Below, in pieces: positions 39,497 to 52,897 of a stretch of 64,000 nucleotides of DNA (position 1 is its first letter; every line of letters starts with the position of its first letter). The DNA comes from Hyphochytrium catenoides (taxonomy: Eukaryota > Protista > Hyphochytriomycota), in assembly GCA_900088475.1 (NCBI GenBank), contig FLMG01002540.1:62001-126000 (forward strand), in the 5' to 3' direction. Below the pieces are notes generated by a model, which saw nothing but the letters and a program-made list of their open reading frames with translations, had not been told where the DNA came from and did no database searches. Position numbers and translations under genes: made by a program.

Positions 39497-39852
39497 CGTC
39501 CTGCGCTGCCATCTTCAACTAATTCACAAGACCAGTGGTTCTGACTAGCGCTCTATTGCGGGTTGTTATCCGTCGGCTCTCAGGGAATGCTGCTCTTGGA
39601 AGTGTAGCCTCCTACGTGCGGAGCTACATGCAGGTTCTAGGAGGTAGAGGTAACTGCACTACCTGCTCCATGGATCTCTGGACGTACGTCCTCATTGCGC
39701 TTTCGTAAGGTTGGTTTGTTCTGAACTTTCGTCTAAGAGAAAAAGACGATCATAATTTACAATCTGCGCATTCTTGACAGAGTTTTGATTAAAAAAGCTG
39801 TAGAGAGGAAGCCATTTGAGAAGGGCTGCCTCAGTCCCAACAAGAACAATCT

Positions 39853-41827
39853 TTGCATATTGTCAAAATACTATTGGCTTTACTGCGAAAAAAGCCAAAG
39901 ATGTCAAGAAATCTTCAAAATCCAAAGCACGGTCGAGCACTCTGGATGACTGATGAAGATCTCCTCCTCCCAGAGATTATGGGCTTCATCGACGTCCTAG
40001 CACCATTCTCCAGCTTCCACAAGAGAGCTTGTCTGAGTGATGAGGTCAAGAGTCACTTTTTATCGGGCAAAGATATGGCTGACAGGTTAGGGCTAACATG
40101 GTTGATGGAGGATCAGAAGCAATGCACTTGGTCCTTGAAGGCAACCAGCGTAGTTGCCGTCTAACGCAGGCCAAAGGAATAGACGTTGTTAAACAAGCTT
40201 CACATGGCTGGCTTGGCCCTTCTTGGTGACACCTATCCCTGTAAGAATTGCAATTCCCTTTATAGCTGATGATGGTGTGCGGTGGAGATGTTCCCAACTG
40301 GCTTGCAGGACAAACCTTGATCACATTCCTCCCTACAATCCTGAGAGTCATCTCTGAGCTTAATTGTTTGGACGTCCCCGATCCGCAAGCATATTAGATC
40401 ACCGCTTGGCGAGTGAGGAGTCGTCTCAAGAACTCCCTCGTTCATGCAGTCCACCCATCGTGCCCCTGTCCTACTAAGCTGCTGCATTCTTATGCAGAGA
40501 TGCTTACGCATAGAACGATCATCGGTGATAGAGGTCTTGGGACAAACCACGCCTGAGCCTTACTGAACCAGTCGGGTGGATGATCGTTGTCCTAGAGGAG
40601 CTCTCACACACCCATCCAGCAGCTCATACTGCTCGGGATGAAGGCTAACATCATTCAACCAGTCATTCACGTTGCCCATGCCTGCGCCGCTCCCCCTTCC
40701 GAAACTGTCTCGCGCAGGAATTCTCAAGCACTCGGCCCATAACCTCGCGTACGGTACCAACTCGTCGTATTGGGAACGTGGAGAGAGAGAGGATAAACGG
40801 ATAATAGAGGCGGGATACGTATGACAGATTCGAGAAGCGAAGGAGGGAAATCCTTCTCGTCCTCCTACTCAAGCTGCGCGGTCGTTGATCGCTTTGGCGG
40901 TGACATGGGCCACAGCGCTTTAAACCGAACGGCATCTTTTCTCCGACCTCATGTTGTAAAGCACTGCGCCGTGTGCAGCTGCCATGCGGAGGCTCCCTAT
41001 CTATCTATCCCACATGACAGAGCATCCGGACGTCCTAGAGTTGTCCGTAGATTTGAGGCGCTGGTTTTGTCTTGGATGGCCAACTATCGACAAGTCGCGT
41101 CAGAATTGCTGCGAAAAACATTGAGCTCGTGAAGCTTGGGTGTGGCAGGTACAGTTGCACAGTTAGCACCAGCCCTATCTCACTATGGAAGTGCCAACCT
41201 CTAAACCGCCCACTTCAGCCAGAGAGTCTCTACTCTCGCTACGCTTTATGGATGCACCCAAATTCTACGGAGAGAATTATCTTCTTCTATCGTGCGTACT
41301 GAGAAAGGTGTGGTGGTTTGATTGGTGAGGATGGGATGATCCATAACGCCGATCGACAATATCAACAGGAGTCCATTTCCCCTCCTAAGTTTGAAGGCGT
41401 ACACTTAGACGGAGCACGTCGACGGCAGACAGTAGGAGCACACCCAATCTCCGTGAGGTTGAAGCGGCAACTCTTAGATTTGCGTTCCCGTCTTATCGAT
41501 AATGGCTGTACACACTGCTGAGGGGCAGGTCCTCATAAGCCTTTTGGTTGGCGACAGACTTATCCTGACTCTAGCTGTACAGCAAGCTCCTTTCCGTACT
41601 CCTGGCCTGCCTTTGCGATGCTGAATGAACCGTCGGTCGTTAACAGATGTCGTCTATATTATAGGTATCCATACAGAAAGACTTATGCTTTTGCAGCAGC
41701 AGCAAAAGAGGAAAGGCTTGTCGATCAGCGAAGAGAAACCATAAAAGAAGATGAAGGCTTGTACAAAGTGATAGGAGAAGGAACAGACAAAAGGGGAAAA
41801 TATAGCGAGCACGAAGGGAAGGCATGA
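39853..41827 (+). pseudogene. Decayed intronless ORF of unknown family
   Basis: ORFs 41072-41302, 41318-41521 and 41618-41827 share one frame and are separated only by single TGA codons. Upstream pieces (39853-40164, 40821-41132) are in other frames. No splice pattern is evident. Confidence 0.4.
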
Positions 41828-41838
41828 CCAGCTGCGGC

Positions 41839-44800
41839 CTAAGAGGATGATCCCTTCCTGATCTTTTGAGCTAGTTTCTCCAGTTTACTTTCTAGCCTCT
41901 CTCTTTGTGTTTCTAGCTCAGACAGCTGCATCTCGTCAGCCTGTTCCTGGGCACGTGCTGGGTTTTAAGACGACCCGAGAAAAAGAATGTGAGGAGGGAA
42001 CCCGGCAGCACGTCGCTTGTGTCCATAATTTACCTTCAGCCAGCAGCTCTTCAAGCTTTGCTGTCCTTCTCTTCTCTTCAGCCACTCTTCGGTTTAGCTC
42101 TTGGCGCTTCTCCTCTATGTCTTGGGTGTCATCGGACTAGTAAAGAAGGCGAACAAGATGGCAAGCATATTAGGCTTGAAAGGAAACGTAGCAAACGACC
42201 ACCTTAACATCAGGGTGGGCACGAAATGGCAGGGACTTCGGGACAGGCCACCATACACAGGAGCCAGGACAGCGAGAAAGCTTGACACAATATTACAGCA
42301 AGCACGTAGAAAGCAACGCACCAAAGCTTCTTTTGCTTAAGCCTTTTGATGAAGAGAGATAGTGAGCGCCAGAGTGGAGAACAGGACGGAACAGATCGAA
42401 CAAACACTGGTGAGAGGAAGCGCGCAAGTCACCTTGGACCATCTCCATTCAGGCCTCTCCTGCAAATAGTCCAGTACACCGCTAGAAGCAACTACTGAGG
42501 TGATTGCATCGACATTCTTTTCCGCCTTCTCCATTAGTTCAATAAAGTGCTGATAATAAAACGAAGCAGGTGGATGAGTGTCCGGATGTCGATGGGACGT
42601 ACATGGACCTATGGATGGATGGGACGAGCTGGAAGGAGACAAGGGATATTTCCTCACTTGCCTTGATCTGCGCTGCCTTTCTGGCTTCTTCCTTCTCGAG
42701 ATCCAGAATCCGCGTCATAACGCTATCTGAAATAAAAAAAGCACCGAGCGCTTCTAATAGCTAACACATCCGAGTAAGACAAAGATAGTGAGTCGGACAA
42801 GGACCATGGATGTTAAGAGGGATGGGGGAGCACCGAGCCCCTGTGTGACCGTAGTCAACGGTGCCGTGCCCAGAGTTAATAAACAGATTATGATCAGAGC
42901 CGCAAAAACGTGAATTTGAACCATGAGCACCTAGTAAGGCCCAAGGCTACACGTCGCACCCGACACAGAGAACTACAGGGAGAAATGACAAGGGAGGATG
43001 GGACAGCAGAAAGTAACACCTAGCAGGGAGCACACCTCTGAGTGGAAGTCTGGGCCCACGTCCATGTCCATAATAGCTTTCCGCCCAGCCATGGTTTCCT
43101 TCGTTATAGTCGTATAATACTGGATGTCGTCTATTGATTTTACAAGCCTCTCCAACTCATTCGATGAGTCTTTTCCTGTCATTCAAAGAAGAAGAAACAC
43201 ATAGAGTAGGTTAATAAAGGTATGAGTTCAGCGCAACTAGCCAAAGGCCCGGAGTGCAGATCTGCAGGAAACCAGATCTTTTTTTTTATGCTGGTTGGTG
43301 TCGGTGGTGAACTGGAGAATAACTGTAAGGGGGTTCACTGACTGTTATACCTTTTGACTTTCTCTTCTCGCCCACTTGGAGGCTTCTGCTTCCCTTCCCA
43401 GCTCGATGCTTATCCTCATCGCTATCCTCTTGGCGGGACTGATGGCCACATAGTGCAGTTTCATTTCACAAGCGCAAGAAAGATGCCCAGCAGGAGAAGT
43501 TAGACAGCTGGATGATATGGGTAGTGACGATTGGAAGACTCCATCACAACTCCACCCCTTAACACTATGGATAAGAGAGTTATCTAAAGAAGAACTTGGA
43601 CGAGTGGTATCGTGACTATCTTGCTGAAAAGAAAGGTACCTCTTCTGCTTCCCTTGATTTCGCGGCAGCCGCCCTTGCTGCGCGTGCCTGAGCTGAGCCC
43701 GCCTCGAGAATCCTATATTCTATTGCCTTCACCGCATTATCTGCTTCTAATAGCAACGCGTTGAACCGCTGCAGTCAGAGGAGTAAGTCTACCCACCGTG
43801 ACTGAGCGGAGGAGCAGGAGGTGGTGGGCGAGCACTCACACCACGGTATATTTTTCTTAGGGGTAAAAAATCTCCAGACACGTGGCAGCAAATGAGTGGC
43901 GCAAGTATTTACCGAGTTCTGTGCAGCGATCGTGTTCGCTTCTTCCTCGCACTTTCGTATGTAGGTCACACAATCGCTTGGTAATTCTTCCGGAAGTCGT
44001 CGGTGCGTGAACTGGGAAAAGCAGCATAAATACATATTAAAAACGGTTAGTGCTCAGGTATCTCGCATCGTGGCCTCTTAAGCGAGCTGCGCAAGAGAAA
44101 GATTCGAAATGGCTGCCAAAGCGAGTTGTTGGCTGCCAAAGCGAGTTGTTGGTCAACTCCATACTTTAGACAGAAAAAGACCCTTACAGGTGATAGCAGA
44201 ATAGGCTCTGGTTGTTGCGAAAATATTGCCTTCCGAGTCTCTAGTTTCTCTCTCAGGTCCCGCAGCTTATCGTGCACCTCCTCCAGCGTTTCTCCTTCAT
44301 TCCCTAACAAGGACACAGCAGTATGGCCCCGCGCTACAGCAGGATGATAGCCAATAAGACAAGAAATTAGGGACATCGCTAACGTTACACGGCAGTCCGA
44401 TTCCTTGTGTCGATTGAATTTCCTATTCACCTTCGGCCAGTAGCTCCTCGAGATCCCGAGTTCTTCTCCGCTCTACACTAAGCCGCCTCTCTAGCTCCTG
44501 TTTTTCGCCCTCGAGCCCTTGGGCTTTAGCGTGTAGTGCCGCCAACTCCTGAAGGAAGCAATAGCAGCAAGAAACGAGCAAGGAAATGTCTAAGCTATGA
44601 GGCTACAACGCAGTAAGAACCAAAGAAAGATTACTCAAAAAATGAGAAACAACCTTTCGTCTTGCAGCGTTAATCGTACCTGTTCCAGCCCCACTCGATC
44701 CCTTTGAAGACTGAGCTGTCCGGCGAGAGCAACTCCTGAGGCACTCATCATTTCCTCTATTGTATTCTCCAGTTCTTTTCTCTCTGCGTGCGTCCTCCCA

Positions 44801-47800
44801 ACCACCGCTTTGGCAGCCGATAGTTCTTTAGCAAGCATATCCACTTGCTCTCGAGATGCCTTCAAGTCATCAGAAAGGAGAAGGATCCTCCGTTCCTGCT
44901 CTTGGAACAGTGACATGTAATTTTCCTTGGTTTCTAGGAGCTCCTAATTTGGGCAAAGAGGTGTGAGACAGCGCTTTGAAAAGTAGCCTGATGACATGCG
45001 CAGGGTTACACTACTGGTGAGAGATGTAGTGTGACCCTAGAAGCGATAGACACGATGAGGGTAAAACAAAGCTCTTACATCTCTTTGGGCTTTCAGAGCC
45101 TTCCGCTCCACATCCTCGACCTCCATTCTCTTGCGGGTGGCCTCCTCTTTAGCTGCCAGCTTTTTGTATGAAACTCGCAGCTCGTCGTATTCTGTAGCTA
45201 GCCTATCGTTTTCGGCATTGCTGACAAAGCAGAGAGACATGATTAGATGGTGCAGAATACAGGGCGATAGGAGCTCGTGACATCTTCTTGTGGGGTCTGC
45301 AAGAACCAATAGAACAAGCAACAGCGAGGAGAAAAAGAACGATTTTTGAACGAGAACATCTCCTATACAGAACAGAAACCTCTGAGCTACAGAACCTCTG
45401 TTCCCCATCCAGTGGTTGACAAAGAAGAACACCTCCTAACTTGATTATGGAGTCTCAGTCTCCACCTTTGGACTTACAACTCTGCCAATTTGGCCTTGTA
45501 AGCTTCCTTCTTCTTTGTCATCTCTTCCAGGTCTCGCGCGAGAGATGCTGCCTCCTTCGTAGAATTCTTATAGTCCTGAGAGATGGCCGCGTTGTCTGAC
45601 GTATGGATTGCCGATAGGCCATCATGGTAGATGAATGATAGCGTGTGAGACAATCAAAGCAGAATATTGAGGTCACTGTCATGTGACATGCTAAGGACAA
45701 CTAAGTGCCGGGGGAAAAAGGGCAAGCGGTGACAAACCTTCTGAGAGTTTTTGACGGAGCTTTTCACTGGCGGCTAGCTGGCCCCTTAGATCCTCCTCTC
45801 TTGCCTCCAGCTTGCTGATCCTTCTTCTTTCCTTCTCCAAGGACTGTGAACACATGTCAGAGCAAGTTCTAGTTTTCACATTGCCGCTTTTACGAACAAG
45901 CGATCCTTTTCTCTATACTGTCCTAGATCCAAATAATGCTCTTCCTCTCACTGGGCAAGGACAGTGGCTCTCCGTCTAATTCGAAGCCCCACCTCATGGA
46001 TAGAGTCAGCCTTGCGATATGCCCGCTGCAGGTCACTGTCTTTTGCATCTAACTTCCGTTGCAAATTGGCATTCTCCTCCATCAGTGCTTTATTAGCGTC
46101 TTCACATGATCTCGCTGCAACGTCCTGGACAATGGACGATGCCACAAAGTGTGAAAATTGCTTGAAAACCTCAGACACTGCACGATAGCCTCAAACATCG
46201 GATGGAAGGAGATATGAGCGACAGAGGGAGAGAGCTTGAGAACGCGGCTCACCGAGATGGGGATCCATCTCATTTGTTAGGAGTAGCAATTAGAAAAAAG
46301 TGCTTGCTTGGCAGAGTTATTAACAAAGTAGCTACAGTTCTGAAAGGCAAAACTTACAGCCCTGTCTGCTTCAAACTGAAGCTCGTCCCTTTCTTTGTCC
46401 AACTGGATAAGTCTCTCTCTTTCTTCCCTGAGAGCTTGCTCCTTCTTCTTTAGTTCATTCTGAAGATCGCAAATTTGTTTGCGAAGGGCTTCCACCTACG
46501 CAGACAAGTCAAACGCAGCATAAAAGGTCATAAGAGGTTCCGTCAAGCAGAAGTCAACTCGCTGGGAAAACTGTGAGAAGCCCCACAGAGCTAGATGCAT
46601 CGTCGCACATCCATTTCAGATTAAATCTCCGTAAATGCATGGGATAGGTGAGTAGTGAGAACCTGGCTTTCATGAGAATCCTGCTGCTCTTGTAGCCGAT
46701 TGAGCTTCCGCATAAGCTGTCCTCTAGTCTGGTCCAATTGGACAAAGAGAGACTTTAGGCGTTCGACCTCTTCGTCTTTTCCCTGAGTGCTGTCCATGCA
46801 TTTTCTCAGCTCTTCTTCCGCTGCGTGAAGCCTACAGCGATGACGTAGGAGTTAGGGCATACCGAGAGCAGTTACGGTATCGAGAGCTTTATTGTATGTG
46901 ATCCATTGGCATGGACTTACTTGTCCATCACACTCTTTTGAGCGGCTTTTGCGGATTTGAGTTCGTGCTGCAGCTTGGAGTTCTCATTTTCCATGTTCAG
47001 GAGGCGGGATATCCTCACATTCTGGTCCACCTCTAGGGACTGCACCTTGGTCTCGAGAGACTCCGACTAGCCGTGCAGGAGACCATTAGTACATGTTCTT
47101 ATTTGGCAGCCCAAAAGAAGGAGACGGGGCCAGTGAAATATGGGAATGGTTGTCATAGGACTAAAGGGATAGATACTTAGAAAAGGGATAGATACTTAGA
47201 AAAGGGACACAATATTGCTCCTTGCCATACATAGGCTTTGATTTCTATGATTTCCGCAGCTTTCTCTTCAAGGGCAGCAAGTGCCTCCTCACGCTCCTTC
47301 CTAAGGGTCAAAAGCTCCGTATACGCTTTCCGAAGGTGCTCTCGGGTTTCTTCTGTCTCACGGTAGACCTCGTTGTCTTCTACAGCCAAAGGACATTCAA
47401 TCGACGGATAACTGTTACGAAGAACCATCGCGCACAAGCCTAAACCTATTCCCGTGCTTACCGGCCCGACGCCTTAATAGCTCATTTGAAGCCTCATTCT
47501 TAGCAGCTCTTTCAACGTATGTCTCCATCCGTTTCCTGTAGACCTCCTCCCTCGTCTCCTGGCCCTAGTTTTAGAATGGTAAAGGTTGAGACAGGGATTA
47601 GGGGCGATGGCAAAGGATGAGTGGTGGAGTCTTATGCGAGCTTATTCAAGGTCGAACCTTTTGAAGAAGAACCTTGATTTGATCATCCTTGTTATTCAGC
47701 GAGGTCTCCAGGTCACCCAACGTTGCCTAACAGAGGGAAGCAAATCATGGTTTGAGCGGCAGGGTATGTAGCAAATGGCAACGAAAGGCGCCCGATAGAT

Positions 47801-50800
47801 AGAAAACGCAAGCACAGGTATATCTGTCAGAATACAGTGAAGTCACTATCACTCTTGACAATTGTGGTACCTCAAGTCTTCTTCTTGTATCCTCGCTGTC
47901 AGCGAGCAACGCCCTATATTCTTGCGCTGTGAATTCCACAATTTAGGAAGTCAGAATGTACCTCTATCTATTGGGGTGTAGGGGGTTGAGAGGTAACGGA
48001 GGCATAGGTAGGCCAGACAGTGAAGCAAGGCCACGATAAGTGTGGCACAAACGAGCGTAATGGGCAGGGTGGTGGTTGTGGCGCAGATGTGACGGTGAAA
48101 TCCCTATCGTGCGAATGCTGTACCGTGAGCCTCAGAGCTTTCCAGATCAGATTGTAACCGATGCACGTCCTGTTGCAATGCGCTCACTTTCCTTTCTAAA
48201 TCCCGGCAGACGGAAGCCATATGAGAGTATTCTCCACGCTCTCCTTCCAAAAGGCGTTCACGTGACGTCCAAGCTACGTATTGTAGGTGGTGAAAGTGTG
48301 TTAAAAGCGATGGGGCTAAGGCAAGGTAAGAAGAGATTGACCTACTCTGGGTGGACGTCAGGTCCAAACTTTCTTGCAAGAAAGAATTCTCCTTCGACAG
48401 GCGTTCTACACGCTCCTTTGACCTCTATACATTCAATTAGAGGTACTTTTGATCGCCAGCTAAGTATGCTTCTTATCACCTTCAATTCCATGTGGACAGA
48501 CGCCAACTCCTAGAGTTATCAAGAGCGAGATAAGCAGGGTCAACAACGCTTGTGAGAATAGCACACAGCATTAGCGGCTCTGTCATTTCATGCCTATGGT
48601 ACCTTTCGCAGAGCCTCCATCTTGGTGTTTAGCTCTCTTATCATGTCAACGCGGGCGTCCTTTTCCTCTTCTTCCTCCTCAATATCTAACGGGTAGTTTG
48701 TTCAGTCTATAGTCACTTTTTCCATGCGATATATCAGGCGCTCTTACTCTTTTCTTCCTCCGATGGCGACCTTGTCGCCATATCCGTCGCTGACGAAGCT
48801 CGTTTCTCCAAAGTTCCCACTTTATCCATCAGTATCTCTCTTTGAGCTCCGACTCTGTCTAATTCTCCTAGAACGCTTTCCAATTCTTTCTTTAGCATCT
48901 CCTTCTCCTCCCTAAGAGAGTCCGCAGCGTTTCGAAGGCTCTGTATATTAGACGTTGACATGTCTAAATTCTCTTTGTACGTAACCGCGAGTCCCTCCAG
49001 CTTGACAGTTTTCTGAAAACAAAGCGGAAAAAGTGGGAGTGATAAGTATGGGCAGTCGGGACACGAACGGACGTTCTGTCCTACCTTCTCCTCCTCAGCC
49101 AAGGTCTCCTGGACCTGCGCCAGTCGGTGCTTCAGGTTGTCCACTAATGATTCCAAAGACCTAGTGCGGTGAGTTGGAGGCGGCGCGTATATGTGCGGGG
49201 ATCACGGGGAAGGGCAAAGATTCGAGAGCTAATGTGAGGCAGATAAAGTCAAGTCCTTTGCAAATAACTTACGCGATCCTTTCCTTCTCAATTTTGTTCA
49301 GTTCTTCCTTTCCTAATATCGTGTCGGGATCAAAAGGGTACGTGGCCCAATATACAAGATTTACTATTGCTCACCTCTAATATCTGCTAAGCCGTTGTCG
49401 ACTCTTGCTCTCGCCAGGTCGCTTTTCAACTTGCTGATCTCCTGCTGGTGTTGCCTGAGCGAATCACACAGAGCCTAGCAGAAGTACGGACTAATTGTCA
49501 TTATCGGAGCTCAATGTTCTAGCAATGAGATGCGTCACTGTCTCCAGATACCCAATGCCTCCTTCTTCCGTTAGACTCATCCAGTATCCCTCTCTGATAA
49601 GCTGGAATTTGCGGCTACCAGCGAAATCCATTTACCTTATTCTCTGTCTCCAGGTAATGGATCACTTGTTGGTTTGATGATGACTCGCCTTCTCGGTTTT
49701 GTGTTGAAACACTTTGGTTGCTTTCTGCACTCTTCTGAGTGCTCTTTCCCTGAGTAGATCTCATGGACACTTCACTTTCAGGCAAAGATGGAAGAGTCGG
49801 ATCTCTGGATGGTACTCGAGTTCCACCTCGGAGCCCCTGTCTTTGGATTCTTCCAGTGAGGTGCCGAACTTCTACTTGAAGCTTCTCATTCTGCTCTCTA
49901 AGTTGCCTGTGTGGTAAAGGAAAGTCAGATAAACGCCCCTGCCTAAGGTAAGCTATGGGGTAGCATAGCTCCCAAGTGAAAAGGAGGAAATGGAGTGAAT
50001 GATTGAGTAATTAGCCCGAGCTCGTTGTTCGTCATCTCACTTCAATTCCTTGATGATGTCGCTATTCTCATATTTGAACTGCCGAAGAGAATCTAACTCT
50101 GCGTTCATCTCTGCCATCTCCTGTTCGTTGATTGCAAGCTGCTCCGTCACAAATTCTAATTGCTCCTTCAAGCTTAGAATGCGATCCCGCTGATTATCCT
50201 AGTCAAAACGCCATGTCAGTTAGACCGCTAACTCAAGCCTGCTTCAGGCGCTGCAGGAAACACTTTTACGTCTCGTGGTGCTCCGAAGTTCTTACAAACT
50301 GGCGACCGTCTAGTCACTCCAGTTCACCTGCTTCGACCCAAGGTGACCATGCTTCCGATATTTTATAACAATCACCGATTATCTCTCTTTTCTTCGTCCG
50401 TCACGTTCACAAATGGCGCACTTGTTCTGTAGGTTTGGAGAGCCATCCTTACCAGAGATGTTGACGATGCGACATCAGCCGTGTTCTCAAGTCTATAAAT
50501 TTCCTTTTCTCTATTTTGAACTTGCGCCGCCAACGTCTCGTTAGAGGCTATCAGCTTCTTGTTCTCCTCTATGAGATCCCGAATCTGCTGGCCCATCTTC
50601 GATAGCACTTCAGCTCCCGTGGTCGACAAAAAGGGGACGGAAGGGTCCATTGTAGTGGGTGGCGGTACCCGAGGCTTCGCAAGATCGCTCAGGCTGATTC
50701 CCTTCTCAGTATATTCAGTTAGTTTCCGCAGGAGAGGGCAATGCTTCGAGCGCGAATAGGAAGTCTATAATGTTAGCTAGCATGGGGACCCAGACAGAGG

Positions 50801-51862
50801 ACGTCGGAGTTGAGGAAGAAGCTGAAAGGAAAGTAAGGTTGGATAAGAGCTTCGGGAGAATAATGGGCAACGGCGAACCCAAAGGCGTATGCAAAAACGC
50901 CGAAGGGACAATGCACCTGGAAAGGAGGATAGCACAATGGGTGATCACAATCTAACCTTTCCTTCCGTTGCCTTTGCCAGCGTGACTTGGTTGGCCTTCA
51001 CATAGAATGTCGGTATCCCCTTCGTCACGGTCTCAAGCTTGCTTTTCAGTCTTTGCAGCTCTGTCTCCTGTTGTTTAACGATATATTTTTTCTGGTTGCT
51101 AACAAAACGTGTCTCTAGTAGTTGCGCTTCCAGTTTCTTCATATCAATCTGTCTCTGCCGTTCTCGAGCGTCGTACTCCTCCGAGAGTTTGATCATGTCA
51201 AGATGGAGCTAGATAAAGGGAGTTACACCGCGGGGCAGAGAGAACCAGAGAAAGAGTATATAAACGCTAGCAATATGAGGAGAAGGAACAGCTCGCTAAG
51301 ACGAGATGCTGACGGACCAACAAATTGCACTATCAGTAAGGCAGAAGGAATAGTAATAGGGCCGCGGTGAGCTCAACGACCTCTGAACAAATATGCGTCC
51401 TCGTCCGATGAATGGTGAAACTTTACGTGTCGTTCAGATTGCTTGCGAGCGCACTAAGACCAATTCTTACCGTGTTGATTTCTCTGCGCAGCCTTGCGTT
51501 TTCCTTCCGGAGTGGGGCGATTTGATGTCTGAAGTTATTTGCTTCACTTTCAAAGTTCTGGTGCTGTTCGAGGAGTTTCTGATACGACTCGGTGGTGACA
51601 ACAAGGTCGTTGAGCAGCCTCTCAACTAGCAGGACAGACTCTAGACCGAAGCTCTGAAGGTGGAAAGCCATGTCGATTATCACATGGCAAGTGGCAAGAA
51701 GAGCGCAAGACGCCATGAGCCACCTCTCGGGCTGCGTAGGAGGATCTCTGCAAGACTTACCTCATGGTAGTTCATGGCAGCTAGCTTCGTCCTGAGAATG
51801 GCTTGCTTTTTGCGAAGCAAGGCCTCTGGAGGCGAGCTCGGATGTCCCATTTCCTGAACCAT
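41839..51862 (-). CDS. CEP135: Centriolar protein CEP135/Bld10, long coiled coil, many exons
   Basis: The N-terminus 'ILRTKLAAMNYHE|SFGLESVLLVERLLNDLVVTTESY...IAPLRKENARLRREIN..HLDMIKL' matches the CEP135 N-terminal motif. Coiled-coil exons continue to 'ARAQEQADEMQLSELETQRERLESKLEKLAQKIRKGSSS*' at 41839. One junction near 42.7-43.0 kb is unresolved. Confidence 0.88.
44110..44152. repeat. 20-bp tandem duplication
   Basis: tggctgccaaagcgagttgt x2, followed by tgg. Confidence 0.95.
47163..47207. repeat. 19-bp tandem duplication
   Basis: aaagggatagatacttaga x2, followed by aaaggga. Confidence 0.95.
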
Positions 51863-52897
51863 GGTTCAGGAGAGAGAAAGCTTGGATGCGTGGGTAAAAA
51901 CCTCACTACACAACAGCTGCTTCTGTAGTCGACCTGAAGCAAGCCACAAGTAAGGCGTGACGCCACTGATAACCAAGCGACATCTAACTGTTATCGTCGT
52001 CGAGCGAAGACCAAGCAGGACTGGCCGAAAGGTTCCCTGGTGAGATGAGCAGATACAATGATGACAGACAGGAGTGATGACTATTTTTTGTTTAGATTTC
52101 AAGGAACGAAAGGGCCATAGAGAGCTACGCCAGTCGCTCTTCAACAGTCGACTTGGGCACAAGCTCAATAGTGTACAGAACAGCAGCGCAACGCTTCAGC
52201 GCACCCATCATCACGCCACCGCGAGGCAGGAGCAGCAGCAGGAGGGAAGAAAAACCTGATGATCAGGGGATGTCCTCTCGTTTAGCTCTGGTCCACGCCT
52301 GACTTACAGGCAGGAGGAGGAATTCAAATCCTGCCATCATCCCGATAAGCAGAGGAAAGCGCGCCATTGAGACTCAGCTGCCATTCGAATTAAGAATGAT
52401 CTGTTCCTCGCTCTGGAATGATGGCTAGTAATTAAGCTAGGATTTGTAATAGCTATTGTGTCTTTTTGCCTTTCACCCGATTAAAGTTCTTCTTTCCCTT
52501 GCCTTGTACCTTGTAAGGCTTCTACTTGTAAGGTCTTATTACCAAAAAGCCTTGATCTTTCTCTTCTTCCTCTCACGCCTTCTTCGTACTATAGGTGTTC
52601 ATAATATGATAAAACGGACGTTGTTGATTGTAAAACTATCGCTCAACTGGTTCGTAAGAGAGAGAAATCGAAGATCAATCTGGCCTCGTTCGGCTGACTG
52701 GGCATGCAGTTCTTCTTCCTTTCCCTCCCTCTCTCGCTGGAGAGCTTTCCCCGAGAGAAGAATTCGGCAAGAGCTCTCCTACCAAGGCACGTCTTGCGAT
52801 CCTGGTTGAAGTAGAAAGGAGTTCGATATATTATGTACGGAAAAGCGACAGCAAGACTGGGGAGCCTCAATCCTACAGGCAAGGAAGGGAGGAGTGA

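Noticed and set aside
41072-41827. UGA recoded as Trp or Sec
   Set aside because: The dehydrogenase, ECHDC1-like and ARM genes terminate at TGA, and conserved Trp residues use TGG. Pseudogenisation is the simpler explanation.
19080-47207. Short direct repeats as CRISPR arrays
   Set aside because: Each has only two adjacent copies with no spacers, no cas genes are present, and the context is eukaryotic introns.
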